Shown piece after piece: positions 34,806 to 44,000 of a DNA stretch of 64,000 bases. The number at the start of each line of letters is the position of its first letter. The stretch's first letter is position 1. Both the position numbers and the translations under genes were made by a program. The notes beneath the pieces were generated by a model that saw only the letters and a program-made list of their open reading frames with translations, searched no databases and was not told the origin of the DNA. The DNA comes from an uncultured Gemmatimonadota bacterium (GTDB lineage Bacteria > JAAXHH01): positions 3,488,001-3,552,000 of the forward strand of contig OX638340.1 in the NCBI GenBank assembly GCA_951812955.1. Reading direction: 5' to 3'.

Positions 34806-36014
34806 ATGGCTGATGATCGACCTGACAGTGCAGGATCCGACTTCGACGGCTCCGGCGGCGAACGCCTGACTTATGAAAGTTCCGGTGTGGATTACGACCG
34901 GATAGATCCGCTGAAGGTCCTCGCCCAGCGCGCGGCGCGGGACACGGGGGCCAACCTCGACGGCGCGGGCGCCCGCGAGGTGGCGGCCAGCCGTGGGGAG
35001 TCGGCGTACGTGGTGGACATCGGCGACGCCTATCTCGCCTCCATCACCGAATGCCTGGGTACCAAGGCCCTGGTGGCGGACGCGATGTGTGAGGCGTCGA
35101 GTGTATTGAGGGCGTCAGAGGAGTCGGAGGAGTCAAAGGCGTCGGAGGCGTCGCGAAGGACCTGGTACGACCACATCGCACAGGACACCATCGCCACGGC
35201 CGTCAACGACATTGTCACCGTGGGCGCCCGGCCCCTGAGCATCCACGCCTACTGGGCGGCCGGTTCGTCGGACTGGTTCGACGACGTGGAACGCATGAAC
35301 GACCTGGTCGAGGGATGGAAGGCGGCCTGCGACGTCCTGGGCGTGGCCTGGGGCGGCGGCGAGACGCCGTGCCTGACGGGCGTGGTGGAGGAAGGCGCCA
35401 TCGACCTGGCCGCGTCCTGCGTGGGCATCATCCGGCCTAAATCACGCCTCACCCTGGGCGAAGACCTCAGCGCCGGGGACGCGATCATTCTCCTGGAAAG
35501 CAGTGGCATTCACGCCAACGGCCTCACCCTCGCGCGCAAGCTGTCCGAACGGCTGCCGGAGGGCTATGCCACCCTCCTGCCCGGCGGCCGGACGTACGGC
35601 GTGGCGCTGCTCGACCCGACCGTGCTCTACCCTCCCGTTACCGAAGCGGCCTTCGCGGCCGGTATCGACCTGCGCTACATCGCCAACATCACCGGCCACG
35701 GATGGCGCAAGATCATGCGACACCCCGGCAGGTTTACCTACCGCATTACCGAAGTGCCCCCCGTTCCCGAGGTGCTGAAGTTCATGGTGGATGAGACCCA
35801 ACAGACCGCGGAAGAAGCCTATGGCAGCCTCAACATGGGCGCCGGCTTCGCCCTCTTCGTCCGCCCGGAAGACGGGGACGCGGCCGTGGCGTGCGCCGAG
35901 ACCGAAGGCATCCGCGCTTGGGTCGCCGGCGTGGTGGAAGATGGCCCCCGCCAGGTGGTCATCGAGCCGCTGGGCGTTACGCTCGCCGGGGAAAGCCTCG
36001 CCCTGCGGGACTGA
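34806..36014 (+). CDS. AIR-synthase-related (PurM/SelD/HypE/ThiL-fold) protein
   Basis: N-terminal SGVDYDRIDPLK and DIGDAYLASITECLGTKALVA. C-terminal-domain motifs GDAIILLESSGIHANGLTLARK and NITGHGW. The last 15 coding nt plus the stop lie inside the repeat at 36003. Confidence 0.6.
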   Translation: MADDRPDSAGSDFDGSGGERLTYESSGVDYDRIDPLKVLAQRAARDTGANLDGAGAREVAASRGESAYVVDIGDAYLASITECLGTKALVADAMCEASSVLRASEESEESKASEASRRTWYDHIAQDTIATAVNDIVTVGARPLSIHAYWAAGSSDWFDDVERMNDLVEGWKAACDVLGVAWGGGETPCLTGVVEEGAIDLAASCVGIIRPKSRLTLGEDLSAGDAIILLESSGIHANGLTLARKLSERLPEGYATLLPGGRTYGVALLDPTVLYPPVTEAAFAAGIDLRYIANITGHGWRKIMRHPGRFTYRITEVPPVPEVLKFMVDETQQTAEEAYGSLNMGAGFALFVRPEDGDAAVACAETEGIRAWVAGVVEDGPRQVVIEPLGVTLAGESLALRD

Positions 36015-36070
36015 GCCGCGGGCTGACTTCTCTGGTCGAATCCTCTATTCTCTACGATTCTATAATCCAG
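36003..36070. repeat. Left copy of an imperfect direct repeat (core CCCTGCGGGACTGAG ... TCTGG.TGAATCCT.TATT) shared with 50243-50300
   Basis: 15/15-nt identical core plus about 20 further matching positions. Overlaps the stop codon of the PurM-like gene. Confidence 0.45.
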
Positions 36071-36643
36071 CGTAACTCAGTGCTTTTAACCATACGGAAC
36101 CGCTGATCGACTCGGTTGTTCGGTCGAGAGGTATCGTTTGAGTCCGTTGAACGTACGATCACGTTGAAAATGGTGTCGCTCTGGATGCTTACGAGACTGT
36201 TTTCGACCTTGAACGAGTCTGGAACGAGCCGCTTTGCCCTTCGTCCGCATAGGCCTTGTCACCGTAGATCGCCTTCCCTGGACGGTCAGTTTTATTGACG
36301 CGGACTTCGCGGGGCATTGACACCTGCCTGGGTTGACCTTGTCGAAAGCCCGGATCTGCCACGAATCCCGCTTTACTACCGTCAGTAAGACTTAGTACCC
36401 CCTCCCCTAATATACTGTACGCGCCCTATCCGTTTGTTTACAATATAATCATATTTAATTCTTATAATTTCACATTTAAGCCACGAGTTATTGATCTTAG
36501 ATTTGATAAGTTAAGACTCCAGCGTTAGTATTATGTTGAAAAATCCAGTTTGATTCACATATTGAATTTATCAATCTCTGAAACAACTGACCCGTTCGTT
36601 TGTGAATACAGGGGCAGCATTTTCTTCCAAAGAATGTACCTCG
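36071..36643. promoter_or_regulatory. AT-rich promoter/leader region, paralogous to 2206-2536
   Basis: Low GC, no ORF. Shared strings CACGAATCCCGCTT(C/T)ACTA and ...GTAC(T/C)TCGATG before the start codon. Confidence 0.4.
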
Positions 36644-39482
36644 ATGACTTTCGAGTTCCGACTTACGTCACGGCGTTTGGGACGCTTCCTCGTCCTGCTG
36701 CTCGCCTGCCTTGCCCTTCCTTTGCTCGTCACGTGCGGCAGGGACACTCCCACGCAGTCACGGACCGCGGTCCCGGCGCGGGTAGTGGTCACGCCTGTGG
36801 CCACGGATCTGGCATCGGCAGGACAGACTGTGCGACTCAACGCCCGGGCGCTTGACGACGCCGGCCAAGAAGTCTCGGAGGCTCCTGTTGCCTGGCGCAG
36901 CACCGACGCGTCGGTGGCGCGCGTGAGCGCGGACGGCGTGGTCACCGCCGTGGGGGAAGGCAGCGCCCTCATAACGGCCATGGCCGGCCAGAAGACGGCT
37001 CAAGCGAAGGTGACGGTGGCGGACCCGGTGCGCGCGGCGCTGCGGGCGCTGTACGAGGCGACGGGCGGGGCGAACTGGAAGAACAGCGACAACTGGCTGA
37101 GCGCCCGGCCCGTTGGCGATTGGTACGGGGTAATCGGCGAGCCATCCGGACCGAGCGGGATTTCGCAACGGAGAACCAGCGCCGGCGGACTGACGCGCCT
37201 GGACCTGTCCGGCAACGGATTGACGGGCGAGATCCCTCCCGTGCTGGGCAGCCTGGCCGGTCTTCGTTATCTGGACCTTTCCGACAACGCGCTGTCCGGC
37301 GCGATCCCTCCTGCGCTGGGCAACCTGTCGTCCCTCGAGACGCTGAAGCTGCACGATAACCGGTTGTCGGGCGAGATCCCTTCGGAACTGGGCAACCTGG
37401 AAAGTCTCCGGGAGCTGTCTCTGCACGGCAACGGGCAACTGACCGGTGCGTTGCCCCTTTCGCTCGCCAACCTGGACCGTCTGGAAACGTTATCCCTTTC
37501 GGGTACGCAGTTGTGCGCGCCGACCGATGCCGCGTTTCAGAACTGGCTGCAAGGAATCGCGAACAGGACCGGCATCTTCAATTGCGGCAACGATACGGAC
37601 GGCGACCGGAACGTGCTGCTCGCCCTGTACAACGCGACGGACGGTCCCAACTGGACGACCCGTACGAACTGGCTGAGCACCCGTCCCCTGTCGTCCTGGC
37701 ACGGGGTGGGCGTGAACGCCGCAGGGCGCGTCGACAGCCTGATCCTCGAAGACAACGCGCTGGCCGGACCGATCCCCGCCAGCCTGGGCAGTCTCGCCGG
37801 CCTCGTGGCGCTGGACGCGAGTGGCAACCAGTTGTCCGGCAGCATCCCGGAGGAGCTGGGCGATCTCTCCGGTCTGGTTACGCTTGATCTCAGCAACAAC
37901 GCGTTGACCGGACCGATCCCGCCGGCGTTGTTCAGCCTGCCCAATCTCGTTACGCTGGAGCTCTCCGGCAATCGGTTTACGGATATCCCGGATACAGACA
38001 TCCCGGATACAGGCACCCCGGTCCTGACGGATCGGGATGTGCTGGTTGCGCTCTACAACGCCACGGACGGCGAGAACTGGACGAACAACACCAACTGGCT
38101 GAGCGACAGGCCGCTAGGGGAATGGCACGGGGTTCGCGTCAATGCGGAGGGGCGCGTCGAAGGACTGGACCTTAGCGCTAACCAGCTATCGGGCCCGATC
38201 CCGACCGAACTCGCAAGCCTCACCAAGTTGACACATCTGTATCTTTACGATAACCAGCTATCGGGCCCGATCCCGGCAGAAATCGCAAGCCTCACCAATT
38301 TGACAGAGCTGGACCTTAGCGAGAACCAGCTATCTGGCCCGATCCCGTCCGAACTCGGCAGCCTCACCAAGTTGGAAGATCTGTGGCTTTTCGGTAATCA
38401 GCTATCGGGTCCCCTGCCCGGAACGTTCACCGGTCTGACAAACTTGGAAAGACTGTCCATCGAAGGAACCGGGTTGTGCGCGCCGACGGACGCGGCCTTC
38501 CAGGCGTGGTTGAGGGGAGTCGATGACAAATCTGGAGTGGTCAACTGTGCCGGCTCAAGCCCAGACCTGATCGTCGCATCGCCATCGGTAAGCGACGACA
38601 CCCTGACGACGGGGCAGTCTTTCACGCTGAGCGCGTCGGTGCGCAACCAGGGCACGGGGCGGTCAGCCTCGACGATCCTGCGCTATTACCGGTCTTCGAA
38701 TTCGACCATCTCATCGTCCGATACGCAGGTCGGCACGGACGCCGTGAGCGCACTGGCCGCATCGGGAACGAGCGCTGAATCGATCAGCCTGTCCGCGCCT
38801 TCGAGCGTCGGGACGTACTACTACGGCGCGTGCGTGGACGAGGTAAGCGGCGAGAGCGATACGGGCAACAACTGCTCTACGGGCGTGCGCGTCACGGTGA
38901 TGGTCGAGGATGACCACGGCGATACTCGGTCTGGAGCGACATCCCCTCGCGCTGAGCGGTTCGGTCTCGGGACGGATTGATCCCGGCACTGACGTCGATT
39001 ACTTCGAGATGGAAGTCACCGAATCGGGAACATTGACGGTCAATACGACCGGCAGCCTCGACACAACGGGCGAACTCGAGGACAATTCAGGCTCCCGCTT
39101 GGCGCGTAATGACGATGGCGGCAGCGGATCTAACTTCAGAATCAGCCATTCGGTGAGTGCGGGAACGTATTACGTCAAAGTGGAAAGCTTTAGCTCGAAC
39201 ACCGGGAGCTACACGATCCACGCGAGTCTGGCGAGCGGCGGCGGTGGCGGCGGTGGTGGCGACGGTGCCTGCGTAGCCGGATTGGTCGTGAATCCCGGTG
39301 AGAGTTGTACGTACAAGGGCTATGACTTTTCCGTTAGTTCCACAGGCAGAGGGAGCATTGCCTTTTTCTCCGCGGGAACCGGTATAGATGCAAGGGGTAG
39401 CACGATCAACGGCGTGCGTTGGAACTTCCATGCCACCCGAAACAGTGGTAGTAACAGTTGGACCATCCATACTGCTGATTGA
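36644..39482 (+). pseudogene. LRR - CARDB - pre-peptidase-C-terminal (PPC) domain lipoprotein, disrupted by a +1 frameshift in a C4 run (38941-38944), or a sequencing error; paralog of the 2537 gene
   Basis: N-terminus MTFEFRLTSRRLGRFLVLLLACLALPLLVTCGRDTPTQSRTAVPARVVVTP, BIG2, 3 LRR cassettes, one CARDB, then ...VEDDHGDTRSGATS, all in frame 2. The PPC domain LALSGSVSGRIDPGTDVDYFEMEVTESGTLTV... continues in frame 0. Removing one C from ATCCCCTCG restores TSLALSGS. Confidence 0.6.
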
Positions 39483-39784
39483 ACGGTTTCACCAGGTACG
39501 CTTCATCTCAATGGTCTTCATCTTCAGATAGTGTCAACCAGATCTGCGTACGAAACACGGCTATCGAAAACCTGGCTGGCATGGAGGAATTGTCATGTTC
39601 GGTAACTGGATTTCGAGAAGCGTCAGACTTTCGGGAACGTGACCATTGTAAGTCCGGCTGAGAAGAGCTTCAGATGCAGTGGGTCTTCTTGAGGCGGTGA
39701 CCTCATTGACACGCGTTCCGTTCAGGATTGACGGTCCATCCTTCCGGACACGTGTAACCGAGCCTGCTCGGCAGGAGGTATGAA

Positions 39785-40336
39785 ATGCGTATTTTACTTA
39801 TGATGATCGTCCTGGTCGCATTGGCCTGTGGCGATGACGATATGCCGACGGCCCCAACTCCCACACCGGAACCGGATCCTGCCGAGAAGCTGATCGGCAC
39901 GTGGAAATACACGGGGAACGATTTCGATACCAAACTGGCCGCCAACGTGCGGAATTACCTGATCGGCGAGGGCCATACTGCGAGCGAGGTCGACAAGGCG
40001 GTATCTGGCGCCCTTGGTGAACTCGACTTGGCGTTAGCCCGTACCTTTAACTTTAGGTCAGACGGAACGGTGATTGTCGACAGCGAACCTCCTTACCGGT
40101 ACCAGGTGTCCGGCAATCGAATAATCATCACGACTTCGGATGGTGAGACTCTTTTCTTGGGGGGTGGTGAGACTCTTTCCGGGGAATACGCCGTTACGGA
40201 CACCGCGCTTACCCTGCATTTTCCAGTAGCCCCGCTGCTGGCGACTGTTGTACCGGAGGACGAAGAGGAAGCGGAACTGATGAGGACCATATATATGGGG
40301 ATAGAGGTCTTGACTATGTATTTCTCGAGGCAGTGA
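39785..40336 (+). CDS. Hypothetical lipoprotein
   Basis: AGGAGG RBS. Signal plus lipobox MRILLMMIVLVALACGDDD. Confidence 0.55.
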   Translation: MRILLMMIVLVALACGDDDMPTAPTPTPEPDPAEKLIGTWKYTGNDFDTKLAANVRNYLIGEGHTASEVDKAVSGALGELDLALARTFNFRSDGTVIVDSEPPYRYQVSGNRIIITTSDGETLFLGGGETLSGEYAVTDTALTLHFPVAPLLATVVPEDEEEAELMRTIYMGIEVLTMYFSRQ

Positions 40337-41082
40337 TTTCTTGTTGAACTGATCACCGTAAATCAGGCGCTTTACTTGATTTCCATGTGGACTGCGCCGC
40401 TCACCAGCATTTAGTATTTTCGCCGACCGCCCTCTGTCGGACTGCGCCTCCCGCCCGTTTTGAAACTGCGCCGCCTGACCGGGACGCATCTGTATTGAGT
40501 ATCTTCTGAGCAAGGAACGTATACGAATCTCTTGAGTGAAGCCAGAGTCCGCACCGGCTGCCTTATTGAAGAGTTCTGCAATCTTAAGGCACCTCTGATC
40601 AACCTGGTTGTTCGATCAAGTGGTATGATCCGAGTCCGTTCAGAGATCGATCACGGTGATAATGATGTCGTTATGGGTAATTGCCTTTGGATTCTTGCCA
40701 AGGTGTTTTCATCCTCGGTCGGGTCCGGGAACAGCTTGGCCTGCCCGGGGTTTCGCCTGATCTAGGCGCACATTCAAATAGGAGGCCATCTACCTCAACT
40801 CCTATGACACCGTGTTGGAACTGATCGGTAGGCTAAATCCCTGTTTCTCGTTCTACAGCCATGAAAGGCAGAATCCGTCGCTGGGTTATCTCGCTCCGGC
40901 CGAGGTACACTTTGAACCGTAGTTTTACGTAGAGGATCCACCTTAAGTCTTACAACCTGTGGTCCATACTTGGTGATAAGTTTGCCATTTTAACATTCTT
41001 TAAACACAAACGTGCTACACGCGAGGAAAACAGTTCGACCTGCGGTGTAAAAACACCGAGCCGTTTGTCGTAACTGCCGATC

Positions 41083-44000
41083 ATGCCAATATCATACAGG
41101 CTGAGTACAATTTTCAATTTTCATTTCTTTTATAGCGTCGTCGCGGTGCTGTCATTCTTCGTACTGGTTACCTGTGGCAAGGACAGTCCGACCCAACCCA
41201 GGCCGCCAAGTCAACCGCCGGTCCAACCACCCACGCCGGTCCAGCCACCTCCTGCTCCGCAACCCTCTCGCATCACCATCACGCCATCCTTGGTGAATCT
41301 CATGGCGATCGGTCAGACGACGCAGCTCACGGCCTCGGTCCTTGATCAGAACGGGCAGCCAGTTCCCGGCGCGGTCGTTGCATGGTCCAGCAGCGATGAG
41401 GATGTCGCCACCGTGAGCGGCCAGGGGTTGGTAACCGCGGTCAGCAACGGTACGGCCACGATCACCGCCATGGCGGGAAGCGTGTCGGCGACCGCCAGCG
41501 TGCGGGTCTCCCAGACCGCTGGCAGCGTCAAGATCGATCCGGACATGGCCACCCTGATGGCCATTGGGGAAACAGCGCAGCTCACGGCCGTGGTACTCGA
41601 CCAGAACGGGCAGCCAGTTCCCGGCGCGGTCGTTGCATGGTCCAGCAGCGATGAGGATGTCGCCACCGTGAGCGGCCAGGGGTTGGTAACCGCGCTCAGC
41701 AACGGTACGGCCACGATCACCGCCATGGCGGGAAGCGTGTCGGATTCTGCTTTGGTCACGGTCCTCGTTCCCAGAACGGACCGGGATGTTCTGATTGCCT
41801 TCTACGAGAGCACTGGTGGTGAGCAATGGACGGTCAGGTCAAACTGGCTTAGCGTACATCCTCTTGAAACGTGGCTTGGCGTGACCGTCAACTCGGAAGG
41901 CCTGGTAACGGAGATCGACTTGCCGAACAACAATTTGCGCGGACCGCTCACGTCCGAGTTAGGTTATCTGGAAGAGCTCGCGACGCTCCGTCTGAACCAT
42001 AACCAGTTAACGGGTCACATTCCTCCGGAACTCGGCCGACTGGCGAAACTGCGTCACCTGGTGTTGTCCAGCAACCAATTGACCGGAGTGATTCCGACGG
42101 GACTCGGTCAATTAACCGGATTAGAGGAACTGTTGCTGTCCTTCAACCGTCTTTCAGGATCCATACCGGGGGAACTGGGTGACCTGAAGGGACTCAAGAG
42201 GCTGTCGCTTTCAGTCAATGAACTGGATGGACCGGTCCCGGCAGAATTGGGACGACTAAAACAACTGACATCGTTGCGGCTGGACCAGAATCGGTTGTCC
42301 GGGTCAATCCCGCTACACCTTGGCGGGATGACGGTTTTGCGGTCAATGGTACTCGCCGACAATCAGTTAACAGGTGCAATACCAGCCCACCTGTCCTCGT
42401 TGGATAATCTCGAAGAACTGGTGCTGGATCACAACAGACTGGAGGGCGGCATACCCTCACAGTTGTACCGACTTGCCAATCTGAAACGGCTTGGACTCGC
42501 CGGCAACCGGTTATCCGGCGGCGTGCCGGCGTTCTTGGGCAGACTCACCAACCTTACGCACCTGCATCTGTTCTCGAATCGCGGTCTTTCCGGTGTCCTG
42601 CCGCGTTCATTCACCGGTCTTCAACTGGAAGAACTGTTGCTTGAAGGCACGCAGCTTTGCGTACCGCCGGATGACGATTACGAGGCATGGTTGGACCAGA
42701 TTCCAGTGAAGACGGTAACGACCTGCTCCAACCTGGAGTCCAGCGTGTTGGCAACGCTGTACAACGCAACGAATGGAATAAACTGGGCGGATAACACGAA
42801 TTGGCTGAGCGACCGGCCATTGGGTACATGGTATGGCGTGACCACGGACGCCGATGGCTACGTGACGGGTATCGATCTTACGAACAACAATCTGAACGGG
42901 TCCGTACCGGGTGAACTGGCTGGCCTTTCGAAGCTCAAATCGCTGAATCTCAGTACCAACGGTTTTTTGAGAGGGCAGTTACCCCGGGAACTCATCAATC
43001 TTGAACTTCGGGAACTGCTGCTGGAAGACACCCGGTTGTGCGCGCCGCCGGACGCCGAATTCCAGGACTGGCTTCAGACCATTCCGGCAAGAAGCGTATC
43101 CACATGTGATGATCTTGATCTCAATTCGCTTAAGGCCCTGTTCGCGCTCTTCAACGACACGAACGGTCCGGGCTGGCATGACCGGACAAACTGGAACAGT
43201 GATGCGCCGCTGGAGGAATGGTACGGCATCACGGTAGACGAGGACGGCAGGATAACCGAACTGAATCTTGCCGGCAACAATCTCAGCGGCTCGCTCCCCG
43301 CTGACCTGGCAGCACTAACGGAACTGGAACGGCTCGATTTCAGCGACAACGAAGGGCTGACGGGCCCGCTACCGCACGAATGGACAGCACTGACCCTCGA
43401 GTATCTGCGGGTGGAAGGAACGCAGTTGTGCGCTCCACCGGATACCGGGTTTCAGGCCTGGTTGAACGAAATCCCCGAGTACGGCATACCGGAATGTACC
43501 GATACCAGGCCGGACTGGGCTGATACCAATCCTGAATGGGATGTCCTCGAACTCTTGTATAATAGTACGAACGGGAAGGACTGGACGAACAATGAGAACT
43601 GGTTAAGCGAAGCGCCCTTGGATCAGTGGTACGGCATAAAGACGGACGAGGAAGGAAGAGTGACTGAACTTAATCTGGAAGACAACAACCTGTCTGGCGA
43701 ACTACCCCCAAGACTGGGAGATCTAATCGGACTCACGTCGCTGGAACTTTCGTTTAATAAACTTTCGGGTTCAATTCCCGCTGAACTCGGACAGTTGACA
43801 GCCCTTGAAACTTTGTTTCTGGACGATAACGCCCTTTCGGGTCCGATACCCGCCGAACTCGGACAATTTTCCGGCCTGCGAAGATTGGATCTGGGCTGGA
43901 ACGATCTCTCTGGCGTGATTCCCGCTGAACTCAGGCAGTTGACGGGCCTTACCTCGCTCGGTCTGCGCTTCAACAACCTTTCGGGCGTGATTCCCGCTTT

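Noticed and set aside
36030-36050. GGTCGAATCC / GGGTTGAATCC strings in the direct repeats at 36035 and 50263 resemble a tRNA T-arm (GGTTCGAATCC), suggesting a tRNA or tRNA-fragment att site
   Set aside because: No acceptor or T-stem complementarity and no cloverleaf can be drawn on either strand around either copy. No intact tRNA or tmRNA gene was found anywhere in the window. Kept only as a generic direct repeat.
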